NCBI GenBank assembly: GCA_965644295.1
Contig: CBFFRP010000118.1
Coordinates: 1 to 52,545 of the forward strand
Length of the DNA: 52,545 nucleotides
Reading direction: 5' to 3'
Source: Paraphysomonas bandaiensis
Lineage: Eukaryota; Protista; Chrysophyceae
The position numbers and the translations under genes were made by a program. The notes beneath the pieces were generated by a model that saw only the letters and a program-made list of their open reading frames with translations, had not been told where the DNA came from and made no database searches. Every line of letters starts with the position of its first letter. Positions within the stretch are counted from its first letter, which is position 1. Of this stretch, positions 9,857 through 25,683 are shown piece by piece.

Positions 9857-12461
9857 CTATTGGTAGTCCGGATCTTGGCAATCATACTTATTCTTTTTGC
9901 ATTTCTTAACTGCTTTGGGGTTAGGGTTAGCAAGACACGACAACTCACAACAGTCTCCTCCATCCCATCCACAGGAGGCAGTATTTGCCGCACGATCACA
10001 TTTCCCATTCCCTAGCTTCTTTTGTTGCACTTCACATTGAGATTCAGAGGGAACAGGAGTTGGCTCCGTTGGTCTCGCTGTAGGAGCGCCCACAGGAAAA
10101 GGAGTATTTAAGGCAGGGTCCTTACAGTCATAGCCTTTCTTTCCACATTTCTTTACGATCTTGGGATTGGAATTGGCTTTACAGCTGGCTTCACAGCAAT
10201 CTCCCCCGTCCCAGTCGCAGGCTGCAGTGTTTGCATTCGCATTGCATTTGCCATTGCCCAGTATTTTAGGATTGACTGTGCAAGGTTGATAGGTCGGGGA
10301 GGAAGTAGGAGGTGTTGGCTGAGGTACAGGAGAGAGTGTCATATCAATATCACCAATAGCTGAAGGTGCTGCGCTGGAGTCGCTTCCGTAAAGTGAGATC
10401 GTATGAGACGCTGCAAGAGGAGAGGACTCAAAAGGAGTAAACACCTTCAACGAAATCTCGGCAGCTTCCCAATCCACGTCAATTACACCATAGTTAGCCT
10501 GCGTAGAAATAACGACATCGCGATCGAATAGTGAGAGTAAATATTTCTCATACCTGAGCAGTGCATATATGCGCTAGTTGATCAGTGCAAGTGTTTTCAC
10601 CACTGAATACCACCTTTTGTACGAGCTCAGCTTCTTCTTCGAGACAATAACCCCACTGTCCTGTTACATGCTGCCCATTTGATGAAGTTTGAATAGAGCA
10701 CCACGGTCGTGGTTCCTCTACGTCGGTACATTCATTGTACTGCACACCACCATATGTGAAAGGGAAGTTACACTCATTGACAAAGACGCCATCGCCCTTG
10801 TAGTCTGCAGACCGCACGCGGAGCCGATTCGAATTATCCACAGGTTCATTCCAATGCTGATCAATACCAGATGCTGTTAATTCGTGGAGTACAACACTCG
10901 GTCCGAACTCATCCGAAGCTGGCATCTTCTTTGCCATAATCTCGGCCCAATGCTGGTCTCCAGATATAAACACAATGTGCTGCATGAGGAAAAGAGCAAG
11001 AGATGTATCAGCTACTAAACCGCACTGCATCAGTAAAACTCACTTGTGTAGAACCGCCGTTAATAGCTTTTTGGCATAGCTGTAAAAGCTTAGCCCGCTG
11101 CTGCGGTATCTCACCCCAGCTTTCATAGTGTGTACCAAGACTGTTTTCGTCCTCCCCGACAGCAGCAATAGCGTCGAGAAAGGTTCCCGCTTCGTCATCA
11201 TACGCACAGTAGGCATCAAGGCTTCGAGAGCTTTGATCTGTAGGTGGAAGTATTTGTGTCCCACTAGCAATTACTTTCACTACACTTGGTCGATTGAGCT
11301 CTTTTTCCAGCCACTATCAACAGGAATCAAGGACATCCAAAATACTTCACCATTACCAACCTCCCACTGTTCGTCATTTAGCATTTTGGTATTTTCTCCA
11401 AGACAAGTACCATAGCTTGAAAATGTCGGGTCCCGCCCAGACCGTGCGTCTAGTGCAATAACATGCACTCCATTACCACCCCCAGCTGAAGCAGGACGAG
11501 CAAACATGTTGGACGAGTAGATCCCTTTCCGCTGACCATCGCCCTGTGCAGGATGACGTGGATCAGTCGAATCAATTCCCATATGATGTACAAACTCGTT
11601 TTGAGACTGCATTCCACATGAGTAGTCGTTGCCTTGGTTATTCGCAGCATAATCGTGGTCATCTGTGTGAATGAGACACAAATATAAACTCGACGAGTGC
11701 GCCGTTACACTAAAGCTTACCCCAAGTTCCCATTACAGGTATCTTTGGCTCGGCCACAGGGCCGTGTGTAGCGTAATACGAATTTTCCCGAGCTGTATTG
11801 TAAGCTTGCCTCTTAGCTTCCATATCCGTCCCATCTGAATACATCTAAAGTATGTAATCGTCATCGTGCTGTATAAATGTAAACTTACATTATCCCCTAG
11901 CCACATCCAAAGATCAGGGGCAGTCGTCTCTCGCAAGTGTTTCCATAGCTGGTCGCTAGTTTGATACGATGGAGCATAGCACGACCCAAAAGCTATCGTG
12001 GACAGAACTGATCCCTCAACTGGAGGAACGTGGGTCACTGAAGATATTGAACCGTATGCCGCAGAACATGTTGGGTCACCGTTGGGATGGTTGACAGAAA
12101 ACTCCGCAGGCACACCAATGCGGGTATACCCATCATTGTGAAAATAACTGACATCGTAGTCGTTGTCAGAAAGCGAGTCTGCGGAGAACTGCAACGTTCC
12201 AGACGATATAGCATCAGAGCATGGTGTTTTCCCACCGCACACATACTGCCATAGAATGGACGGCGGGCTCTGACCACGAAGAGTAATAGATATCCAATCT
12301 CTGGAGGTCGCATCATCAGATGAACGATGAAATGACACCATTATAACATCTCCCGTTGAGTATGAAGGGGCATCTGTGGTGATATCATAACTTGATTGAG
12401 CTGATAGCAACTGAAACACATACGATACGATAACTGCGTATCGATATAATCCACTGATCAT
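9857..12461 (-). CDS. Secreted PhoD-family alkaline phosphatase with N-terminal Ig-like domain, inserted FN2 domain and two C-terminal LNR-like repeats (6 exons)
   Basis: Signal-peptide-like N-terminus. PhoD motifs FGSC, WLGDN|MYSD, W|DDHDY, LDARSGRD, EQWE|WLEKEL, SGDQH and ELTASG are joined across ~45-60-nt GT-AG introns. Cys patterns of FN2 and LNR are present. Confidence 0.85.
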
Positions 12462-13047
12462 TCTATTGTTATATTAATACACCTTCACACACTGGTAATA
12501 TTTCCTGTTCAACTTAACACAAGTAAGCAACAGGATTTATAGTAATATGACAGGTTCATATGACATGAAGCCATTGAAAATTTACATCCATATCCTCCTC
12601 ATCTTGAGGAAAAATAGGCTAGAAAAATCATACTGACCAATAAAATGTGGGGGGATCCCCTATGAGTATACTGCAGGACTCGGTTTATTCCAATTATTCG
12701 TATATATTCTTGATATTGTTGAAGTAGTTAGAAGTTTTTGTCTTCCAATCTCTTATTTTTCTAGAATTAGAATTTTGTTACATCAAAACTCTCAAATTTA
12801 CTATAAATATGTACAAAAGAGTGAATAATAAACTATGGTTTGGTGGGAAAAGCAGGTATAGAATAATCCACACATACGACGATATTAATACGACGATCCC
12901 ATAGTTCAATATACATCACATCTACATACGCAAGTTGTTTGTTGGTTGATATTACCATCCCTTTACGGAATGCGTATGTAACTACATACTTGATGAACTG
13001 ATAGCGTCATTAACATACTTTACTGACGTGTTATTACTTAGAACATT

Positions 13048-14302
13048 ATGGCAGAGAATTCTGAAGAGCTTCATATAGTAAGTGATTCCAGTAATAGCAC
13101 TACTAATGGACGAGCATGTAAACGTAAAAGAGAAGAAAACAAACACACAACTCGTGAAAAAATTGTATATATCTATTGAACAGTGTGCATAGAAGTACTT
13201 ATGAGTTCTCATGCAGGTTACTCCAGTCGAGCCGTTTCCTGTGAAATCATACTCTGGCAATTCGATCGCAGGGATCGGTATGATGTTACTATTATATGAA
13301 TAAGAATATAATTCATATTTTCTTGTTTTTATTACAGGGACAGGTGGGGAAAAAAAAGTCAATCAGGATTGCCTTTTGATGCTGGAAGATCCACAATCTC
13401 GTACTCTTGTACTCGTGTGTTGTGATGGTCACGGAAGCTATGGACATCATATTTCTCGGGTATGAAGCACCATTATGTTACATCTGCTGGTATGTTGAAA
13501 AAATTGCGTAGTTTTTAACCGATGGCCTCAATGACTGTTTGCTGAAGCACGAAAAGTTCTTATCAGACCCACAAACTGCTATACAGGAAGTCGTGCAAGA
13601 TATTGAATTCGCTGCCAGATGCCGATCCGATATAGACACACGCTTCAGTGGAACGACCTTGTGTATTGTAGTGATCAGAGGAAACTTAATACTGGTTGGT
13701 AATGTCGGAGATTCCAGGGCTGTCATTGGTGTTCGGGACACGAAAACAGCGAAGATATTCCCTAAAAACCTAACAGTGGACCACACTCCAGACAACCCAG
13801 ACGAGTTTAAACGTATCTGCACAGCTGGTGGCCGAATATATCGAGTTGTGTCCGGGTCAGGTGTATGGGGCCCCTCGCGGGTATGGCTAAGCAATATTGA
13901 CGCACCTGGTCTTGGAATGTCAAGGTCTATTTGCGATGATATTATCCATACAGCCGGAGTGGTCTCTACTATTGAATTTTTCACCCACACATGCGATGTA
14001 GAGAATGACTGCGTTTTGATAGTTGCAACTGACGGGTTATGGGAATTCGTTGATAGTCAGGACGCGGTGGATATTGCAGTGGCATGCTCTGAGCCTTCTG
14101 TAGCCTCTACCAAGTACGTGCTGAATAACTACTCTTATTTCGTACTGTGTGAATATATCCTGATAGTCTACTCACTGAAGCGCGGCGGCGGTACTTAGAG
14201 AGCGAGAACGCCAGCGATGACATCACGGCATGTGTCGCCTTCTTAGGAGGTCACAGGTCAGGATGCAGTTCGACTTCTTCTTGCACCGATAATTCTGATT
14301 GA
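13048..14302 (+). CDS. PP2C/PPM-family Ser/Thr protein phosphatase (multi-exon)
   Basis: Spliced motifs NQD, CDGHG, SGTT, GNVGDSRAV, LTVDHTPD, GLGMSRSICD, VATDGLWE and DDIT. The start codon is inferred. Confidence 0.9.
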
Positions 14303-16599
14303 TAATACATCTTTCCCGTATCTACTGAGACGCACGAATTCGATATGTGCATATTTTTTTTATTAAATTATTAATTTCGCACCGTCAGTTGCAGTTTAGT
14401 AGAAGTTTTTTGTGTTTCAGTGAAATTATGAATAATCTTGCGGCAGCAATGTCACGATTGGTGACTACGCTGTGAATAAATGTTTATCATTACTTTTATA
14501 CTTGCGTGGAATCGTAATTACAGGAAATAAATACTAAATAATAAGTGGAATATATATATTTTTGGTTTGTATTGCTCTGTGGCAAGGTTATTCAGCAACT
14601 TACTCGAAGTGTATATTTATTTATTGATGTGCGCCGAGTTGTTCTCTAATTTATTTGGTTACCCGACGGAATTGTGTGGAGTACGGCTGATGTAAATAAT
14701 TTCTGCACATTCTGTTTCTCTGTTCGGGTATACCCCCATACCGCGCATTTTGTACTTTCTATTTCAATGAAAGTATGTCCACCGAAAGAGATTATCCATT
14801 TAATGCTACTATGCTCTATGCTTTAAGCCCAAACCTCCGAAACGAATGTTGTTTCTGACTCTAGTGTCTCCAGTCTCCAGTCTAATAGAACTCGTGTCTT
14901 TTCCGTTGATTTCAGTGCACAGCTATTCAACCACTTCTCCCCTCAACAAAGTCTGACTCGCACCTCTTCGTGGTGTTCTGGGGAAAAGTACTAAAGCTAT
15001 TTCTTCAGGAAACTAACGTGAGCCGCATATATAGTCAGCAGATAGTTTTCTACCTACTCATGCCAAATGCTTGTGTGATACAGGGGACACTAATAAGTGT
15101 CACTTGTGTAGATGTTTCAGGGCCCTGACGAATGAAGAGGCCTACCTCAATGGTCTTTGAGTGATATATCAGAAGTGGTTGCACCTTGGTGCTTGACGCA
15201 CAATCCCGCACAAGCAGCTTTCGTAGAATTAAATAGTAGATATCAGAGTGAAGTACTAATTAGTTTGTTCTGACTCTTAAACGCCTATTGCTAATAATAA
15301 GACATTCACTACTAACCACTCCTCTCTATGCTTCTATGCTTTATATAGAGATACAAAGTCATACTATGGAGCCTCTCTATAGGCAATAACACTATGTAAT
15401 CAATGTCTAAAATTATATATAACCCTATAACCCACTTTATTGAACTGAAAATCTAAGTTTTACACTGAAAAACGAAGCGCGAATTGCTGTAAGCTGCAAG
15501 TGAAAACATTACTACTTTACTACATACAAAGTTTCATTGCGATGGTCACCTATAAATCCCGATTCTGCACTATTTGTTTTTTAGATATAGAGAACACATA
15601 TTGTGATCACTCACGGAAGAAGCTTTATCATGCGTCTGCATATGAAGCGAATTACTTTAATAACTGCTATTTTACATGGGTGGTTAAGAACAAGTAGTCT
15701 TAAAGACTGTGGTGTCATCATGTGATGGAAAGTTTCATGAGTACAAACATGCCCCTATACGAGCTCTGCTTGTTTCGCCTTATTGCAGGTTATTACAATG
15801 ATATCTCCTATGACTGATATGTTGAGAGCTGAATCGGTCTAAAATATCACGTCGTTAAGATAGTTTGCATACGGATTTCGACCCTATAACATTACGTGGA
15901 TTGGACACACTGTCGGCAACAGTCACTGCCTTCTACCTTTCTGCGAATAATATGATTGCCATGCCTTGCTGGTCAACGCCGTTTCCTTCATACTCATTAT
16001 GACAGCATGCTATCAGAAACCCATGAAGCCATATATTATCTATCTCAATATATGGATTGAAGTTCACCATCTCTGTTCTTACAGTACCTTCAACTACCTT
16101 CACATGAATATTAAAGAGCGATCTCAGATATGGATATATTTATATGATGTTTCCTTATTGGACTGGTGCGGTAGATACAGCAGGAGGAACGTCGTATCGG
16201 CAGTCGGCATCTTATTTTTCGGAAATAAATTGAAGCAAATATACTCTATATATCTGCAATAAAACTACAGCTGGAATACAGATAATTCTTGTCTCAATAT
16301 TAGAGGCATCTTGGAACAAAAATATACAAAGGATGCCAATACGGTACAGACCTACAGCCCATAGATAGATATCTGCTGTACACTGTACGCTATACCGTGT
16401 ATATCCTCTGCATACAATACAGAGTAGTGATATCATGCATATGGAAGAATACAGTCTTCCTCCACACACTTCTATTTCTAACCATGTTTCCACGTACAGT
16501 ACATACATCACGCACATACAACACTATCAATTGTTTGTTGTGCATAACATAAAGTAACTTGAAACTCATTCTATTCAATATCTTATCAAATACCTTTCA

Positions 16600-18056
<1,457 letters not shown>

Positions 18057-19377
18057 GCAGTGGACTTGATGTGTAGCGTGCTTCTGAGTTTGCACACGTT
18101 TTATTCTGCTTGATTGATATGTATTTCACATAGCTCATGTAATTCATAATACCAATTTGGGTTTGAAGTTATAAAATTTATGATTAGGACCTGCGGTCAT
18201 CTTTACTACTTTGTATTACTATCTTCTCACTCTTATAAAACACGAGGAATAGTCAAGGAAAACGCCTTTATGGCACTGTGTGTCATCTCCATGCCGCTTT
18301 TCTTATTGCATATCTGTCATACTGCGAATAGTATATTGCAGTTATATATCCAAGTCTTTTAAATATAGAAATGAATACATTTGGAACTCCGACACACTTA
18401 AACGGTACATGTTATAGGTCGTTGTTGAGTATTAAGCTATAGTGTTTGACTTAATTTTTGAAATCTAAAGTAGTAATAGCATATGTATATAAACTTTACA
18501 AGAGTAGTAGAGATACGTTGTATTATTCCACTGCAATAAAATTTTACTACTATTTATCCTTTATACAACACAGGAGTTCGGTTGTGATCCTAGTAACATA
18601 TTGACAAGACTAAGTTTCGATGAAGTCAAGACAAGTGTGTCTACTTCCCTGTGAATCACAAAAACCGAATATATATGCTGCACAATGTAGTATGTGTGTA
18701 TAGCTATATCTCACCTCTTTGACTTCTATTCACTGAATTGACAAGATTTATCTACTTACACTTCATGGTAAGTATGAGAGGAACATGCTGCAAGAAAAAG
18801 TGTTATATATTTTGTTTCGCAATGCAGCTGACGATGAATTTTCAATTGCCACCATCTGATTAGCTTAAACATTCCCCTCCGGTGCCTTAGGGATATTAAA
18901 ACCCTCTCGTTTACAATCACTCTACTACAATGATAAATACTCTCTGATCCAATTCAGTGGGGGCACTTTCATTGTAAAACTCGTACTTAAAACGACTGCT
19001 TGTACGCCAAAATTGAAAAGAATGATATTCAGATCTATAATGGGATGGGACTTATAGTTGGGATCAGATATCTCTGATAACACATGTCTAGATATCCTAC
19101 TTATCTGCACGACTGTTATCTTGACAGGAGGAGCGAGGTGTCCATGCATGTAGAGCAGTATGGACAGATTCACTACTGCATCCATCTTTGCTGTATTAGA
19201 TATCTATATACAGCAGTAATACCGAAGTAGTTCTAGAGGGTAAAAGATCTTCCACATGATCATATACAGTGTTGTATACCGGTGTATACCTATTGATCAA
19301 TAGGATAATATACTGGCTGCTGTATGTGTAATTAACTAGAGCATTTCATCGTATATATTGAAAGGGATTCATGTTCT

Positions 19378-20289
19378 ATGCGCGCTGTTGCCGCGGGTTA
19401 TAGAAGAGCTCCCATTGACGAAGACGCTATAGATTTAGTACCTTTAATCCCCGCAGGACAATCCAGATATCAGAAAGAGCCAATGGACAGGTTTAGACGC
19501 TATGAGGAGGTCAGTGGGGGTGTATATAATTACAGTTATAATAATATCAATTCATTATAATATTTTATATATAGGAGTTTTTAAATTGTACACGTAATAT
19601 TAGTCGCCTTAGTAGACAATTAGAGGCTGCTAATGGTGTTGTAGGTAACACAATAGACAATTCATTTGTATACTTTCATAAAGAGAGTTTGTAGATGTTG
19701 TCATATCGGTTTCTGTAGATATTGATTCGGAGCTTGCTGAAGCTGAAGGATATGTGAGTGTGTAATGAGAAGGGATTTTAGGATTAATTTGTGTGTATAT
19801 CAGTTACGTGCAATGGATGTCGAGTTTCGCTCTATGGTTGGTTCTGAAAAAAAATCTGCTTCTCAGAAGGTCGCGGACTACCGAGACGAATACCGGCAAA
19901 TGATCCAGAGTTTTCAGAATACGAAGCAGAAGGCAGAGAGCGAAGCACTCAAGAACGGGCCTGCCGCAAGAACGAAGCTAATAACAGCTAACCAAAGACT
20001 CGATCAATCAACCGCTACTCTTGAGAGCTCTCGTATGCTGGTTGCACAAACAGAAGAAGTCGGAAACACCATTATGACTGATTTGGAGGGACAAAAAGAA
20101 ACCCTTCAGGGAGCCCAGAGTAAGGTACAAGAGACCAAGCAATTCACCCTAGATGCCAAGACTGTCTTACATATGATGGGCCGGAGGGCGATCATGCATA
20201 ATCTCTGTATGATGCTTATTATATTTATCTTATTTGGTGTTATTTGCATTATTGTATACTATGGATTTATCGAAGACGACAAGAAGTAA
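19378..20289 (+). CDS. VTI1: Vti1-like Qb-SNARE (4 exons; alternative start 19483)
   Basis: FRRYEE|EF... N-terminus, LRAMDVEFR, SNARE motif (QTEEVGNTIMTDLEGQKETL) and a C-terminal TM helix. Confidence 0.88.
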
Positions 20290-21249
20290 AAAAATTACGA
20301 ATAGGCAGATATAGTGCTTGCCGATACATGTAATTGTGACTTTTCCAACGTTGTGTTGATAATACATGTGAACGATTGATGCATTCAGATAATATCTGTA
20401 TTGTGATACTAGCATGTTCTGTCCTGGCTCATGTAGTCAATAGAGTCAATAAATATTGATTGAGGGATATGACTCTTCTAGGGGCATTGCCCACGAGATT
20501 TATATTAGGATCATGGGTAATACCTATGGATTTGATGAGAGCGGAGAAGACACCCCAGTATCATTACTTTTCGATTTCCTTTGCAGGACAAATTGCCATA
20601 TAACTTTGTATGAACTTGCCTGTAATTTGACAATAGTTTTATATATATCTTCATTGTCAGCTAATTCAAGAACGCAAACTCCAGAAGTAGTCGTTCCAGA
20701 GATACTATTGCTGATACTATGACATTCACTACTCTAGAGATACTAAATATAACTGCTTACATACATATTCTTGTTGAGTTTGTTAGCAATTAGCAAGTAC
20801 TAACCTTTACTAGCAAGATGATCACTAATCTACAGAGACAAAATGCTAAATGGTATATATTCCTTATCGTTTGTTGGCAACCATATAATAATACTACTAC
20901 GTAATAAAATATATATCTTAAGGAAGCATCAGGATTCGAATATCTCTGTTTGTATGTTGATAATTTGTAATTTGGCCTATAAGCATGAGATTGTGTTTCC
21001 GTGGATTTTCGTGTTACTTCCAGAAAAATAAAAGTACCATTAAATTATATAATCGTGAAATCAATTACAAGCGAACTACATGTGGTTACCGAAAAGCTTA
21101 ACAACTAATGACTGCCAGATCATATAATTATTGAAATTACGTCAACACGAATCAGGAGTTATCACACAATGATTTGGGAGCGCTATTAACATTTTCAGAT
21201 ATTGCACCTCAATGAGTTTAAGGAACTAAACTTAACATAATACAACAAG

Positions 21250-21951
21250 CTATGGATCCAGCGAAAGTCCTCCGTCATCTTTAAACCTGCTTGCCTTCGA
21301 CTTCCCAAATGAAAACGAAGGGCCCGTCTTAAAGCCTTGAATTTTATGAACTTCGTATATAGCACCAGGAGTGTCATCCCCCTTCGTTCGTCTTTTTAGA
21401 CGTTTTCCCATTGTTATGGAGGGTCCACGATCCAGTTTTGGCCATAGAAGATCAGCATTTGCACTTGCTGACTCGTTGTATAGAGGCTTTCTTGCATCGC
21501 AATTGAAGGATATCTTTATATATTTATCTTTCCCGTTTCGGTAGACCCCAGATGTGTTGTAGACCGCTCCAGGAGAAGGTGTTTTCATATTCATGCCCTC
21601 TCTAGCGGCGCACGCAAACCGCTGGGCCTTGTGGTGACTATACTCTGATATATTGTCGTAACAGGGCTCTACATTGTATGAACCTGGCCCAGTAGTACGC
21701 TTCTTGGCATCAGGATTTTCATCATCCATGCCAGTTCTAAGAGATGTACCAAACACTGAACCCTTACTGCTTTTAGTATCAGGCAACTGGTAAACCACGT
21801 CAGACACATATGATGCTTTCTGCCACGAAAATCTTTCCTCTCCACCAAACGACGGTTCAGGAGCATTGCACACTCCAAATCTTGTGGTGAATTTGGACGG
21901 CGATCCGGATCGTATTGGAGACTTCAGGGATCTCGAAGGCGAGCTCGTCAT
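21250..21951 (-). CDS. SHIPPO/PGP-repeat protein (ODF3/STPG-like, flagellar)
   Basis: Repeated motifs TGPGSYN, PSPGAVYN and TPGAIYE, with PSFSFG/ITMG segments. Confidence 0.75.
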   Translation of the reverse strand: MTSSPSRSLKSPIRSGSPSKFTTRFGVCNAPEPSFGGEERFSWQKASYVSDVVYQLPDTKSSKGSVFGTSLRTGMDDENPDAKKRTTGPGSYNVEPCYDNISEYSHHKAQRFACAAREGMNMKTPSPGAVYNTSGVYRNGKDKYIKISFNCDARKPLYNESASANADLLWPKLDRGPSITMGKRLKRRTKGDDTPGAIYEVHKIQGFKTGPSFSFGKSKASRFKDDGGLSLDP

Positions 21952-22733
21952 TGACAAACACGAACTAAGAGGATTTCAAGGACAAAGGATTCGATTAGAT
22001 GTGACTACACACGATTATATTATCTGTTACCCCACCAGTAACAGGAAATGAGTTCGTGCTTATGTAACCAACACAGGCAAGCTAATAAGACAAATTAATA
22101 TCACTTCTGCTAATATATATCCTCTGACTGGAGTTCCTTGGCTTTACTTCCTCTATAGGAAGCAAACACCTGTCGCCAATAGTCTGCAACACATACACAG
22201 CAGTACATACATACATACATACATACATACTGCTGTACATACACATACAGAAGATCTCAACACCTTAACAAAAAAATGAAACCGTTTATTTAGTATTCCT
22301 CTGGTGTATACAGTCCGTAGGGGTCAGTATTCTCTCTATGTTGTGATATCTAATACGTAAAATACGATATTATACCGTTGTGTAGTCTACACCTGCTCTG
22401 TACCACATCCGCACATTAGTATACAGCAAAGTACGCTGTATATACACCAGTACCACATAGAATCCTATGACATACATCTACTACACGGTATATACAGTGT
22501 ATACTGTACTAATGGGTACCCTTTTCTGGTCGTTAATTTTTTGAGGACGATGCCATATACATACATACATATATGCATACATACACAGCAGTATACATAT
22601 ACATACATACAGCAGCACATACCTGCCTATATATTCAACAGTTGGCATCACATTAAAGCAAGCAGATATATATTACCACCTGACTGTTTATATAGCAGTA
22701 TATTTGTAAGGTATGGTAAAATCTGAAAATAAA

Positions 22734-25683
22734 ATGTCATCAAAGAAAGATTATTCAAAAGGTTTTATCCTTGCAATGATAATATTCGCCCACATGTGAT
22801 TGTGTTGATTATTAGGCACCTTAAATGGTGATATCGACCTTCCAAGTGAAGAAATTATCAGGAGAATGAAAGTTTTGAGTAAGTCTCAAACAGCTTTTCT
22901 CAAGGTAGATTGTTGTGTGTTTTGATAATATGTGATTTCACTGATATTTAGGCATATCTTCATCGTAAACTGGACCATGCGAAAGGATTAGTTCAAAAAA
23001 CTCTGGAAGCCTTATCAAGTAGCACCGACAGTGATGAATTATCTGATCTTCACAAGCAGCTCCAGAAATTACATCTGGATGATATTCGAGTGGATGTTTC
23101 GTCGACTGAGCTGATGATGCACGAAGAAATGGAGTTACTACGGAAGGCAATAAATAAAAACACGTTGCAGCCATCTTCTCTTCCATCAAGCGTTGATGAC
23201 GGGGATGACTCCAAGGATTCAAGAGTAAAAGTTCTTGAATCTGAAAACGCAAACCTTCGAGGACTTTTGAAAGAGCTAAAGGCGGAGCTGCTGAATGCAG
23301 GCAAAAGAAAAGACGGCGATTCTCCCTCTACACCTGTTGTTGATTCAGAGCAATCGGTGAAGCAGTCAAAGGAAATCGAAAGATTGAAGAAAGAGCTAGA
23401 TCAATCTAAGAAATCTTTGCAAGAAAAGGACGAGGAGGTCCGAGCTGCTCTGGAGGAAGTGGAAGCTCTCCGTAGTTCTGGCGGGAATACTGAGTCTGCC
23501 CTGGCCGAACATAAGGCTGAAATCAAGGCACTGAAAACAGAAATGGAGACACTGAAACAGTCCTCTGCTTCAGGAGCAGAGGAGACTGGAATGCTGAAGA
23601 AACAGATCAAGGAGCTACAGGATGCTATAGAGGATGAAAAGAAGGCAACTGCGGAGCAAGTGAGCAAATTCAATGCCGAGAAGAAAGAACTCGAGCACAA
23701 GCTGCAAGAGGTGCAGAAAGCGGCTGAACAAGAAAAGGATGATGCCATGGAGGCTATGACTCGTGAAATAGAGGTAGCTAAAGTGTATGTCGTGACTTGT
23801 TTTTCGTAATACCCTGTTAGGATTTGGTGAAAAAACATTCTGCCGAGACAGCTGCGCAAGCTAAAGAGACGAAAAAACTTCAAAAAGCTTTGAGCAAATA
23901 CAAAAATTCCTCCAAGAGCCTTGCCGGCGGTCTTGGGGCCATCCGTCGTAATGCTAGTGAACTAAAAGCATCTCAAAAGCGGCTTGTGACTGACACTCGC
24001 GACGTCATTCGCGGCGTGCAGAGTGAATTCAGCACTACATTCACCAATGGAATACTCGGTAAACTGACGGTATGTCCTAGGAGAGGCATTATTTATATGT
24101 ATAATTCTAGCTACCATTAGAAACTCGATGCCATGGTAGGAGAAGTATCGAAGAAGTACCGAAAGGAGCTATCCGAAAGGAAACGATTGCATAATGTGAT
24201 TCAGGAGCTTAAAGGAAACATCCGAGTGTATCTCCGAGCTCGCCCGCCTAGTGCAAGAGAGATCGAACAGTTCGGTAGGTGGAAAACTTAGACCTATACT
24301 GTTTTTGCTATGATACTGCGTAAGCGTAGCGTAATTTCTGCTGTCGTCGATTTATCGTACATGGCTAATATAATGGGTGCAGGTGAAGAGACTGTCTGTG
24401 TGTCTTTCCCTGAGAACGGAGAAGTAAAAGTCTTCAATGAGAAAGGCCGCGAAAAGACTTGGGAATTCGATGAAGTGTTTGATTTGCAGGCTACCCAGGA
24501 AAAGATTTATTCCGAAGTTTCGGATCTGGTTACTAGTGTCTTAGACGGCTATAATGTATGTATTTTTGCCTATGGACAAACTGGTAGTGGGTAAGTAGCA
24601 GAACACTTGCGAACGGTTGGGAGTGACGCTCGTGCTGTTATGCAGGAAAACTTTCACAATGACGGGTCCTCCTGACTGCAGAGGTGTGAACACACGCGCT
24701 CTAGATGAGCTCTTTCAGAAGTGTCAGGAACGTGGAGATGAGTGGAGGTCAACCATTACAGTGAGCGTTCTAGAAGTGTACAACGAGGAGATAAGAGACT
24801 TAATGGTACCACCGGGAAGCGGCGACAAGTAAACCTACTATCCGCTCTTTACTTACGAATCTTACTCTTTACCACTATAGATTAGACGTCAAACAAGGTC
24901 CGAATGGAAACTACGTCCCTGGTCTCACAGAAGTTCCGGTAACCTCCAACGCAGAAGTATCTGATCTTTTGGCACTAGCAGACAGAAACAGGTAACGAAT
25001 TATATGCATATGGACCACATCACATGCGCATGCAGTACGTGTTCGTGCATTTGATGTCCCTTTATTGTAGATCTCAAACATCCACCAATATGAATGAACA
25101 CTCGTCGCGATCGCATATGATGCTCACCGTTACTGTGGTCGCTGAGAACCGCACTGCCAATGTAACTGCCCGAGGAAAGCTGAATTTGGTTAGTTAACAT
25201 GTCACTTTGAAAGGGATAATGTAACTGTAAATGTAGGTCGATCTTGCTGGATCAGAGAGAATAAACAAGTCGGGGGCCACTGGGCAGGCGCTCAAGGAGG
25301 CTCAAAACATTAACAAGTCTCTCTCGGCACTTGGGGATGTGATAGCAGCCCGGGGCGCCAAACAGGCGCATGTGCCATTCCGTAACTCCACCTTGACATA
25401 CCTCTTGCAGGTGAGCACTTTCGTAGTAATAAATGCATCTCCTGATGTCTGTATCGTAGGATTCGCTCTCACAAGATAGCAAGACCTTGATGTTTGTGTG
25501 CATCAGTCCGGTCGTATACAATGCAGAGGAAACTTTCTGTTCTTTGAACTTTGCCGCAAGGTAATTTTGTGATTAATGATGAGCCTAGTCATTGATATAT
25601 TATTTTTCAGAGTTCGAAGTGTTGAGCTCGGGAAAGCAACGAAAAATGTCACAGGCGGGGGTGCCGCAAAGAAGAAGAAGTAG
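22734..25683 (+). CDS. Kinesin-14 (N-terminal coiled coil, C-terminal motor), multi-exon
   Basis: Long coiled coil, neck [15 protein letters not shown]-loop YGQTGSG|[18 protein letters not shown] and [14 protein letters not shown]. Confidence 0.93.

Noticed and set aside
14400-16550. Short ORFs and coding-like patches between PP2C and ADH
   Set aside because: Frequent stops and no recognisable motif; no gene can be supported.
18800-19185. 86-aa minus-strand ORF and flanking coding-like sequence
   Set aside because: No recognisable domain or consistent exon chain.
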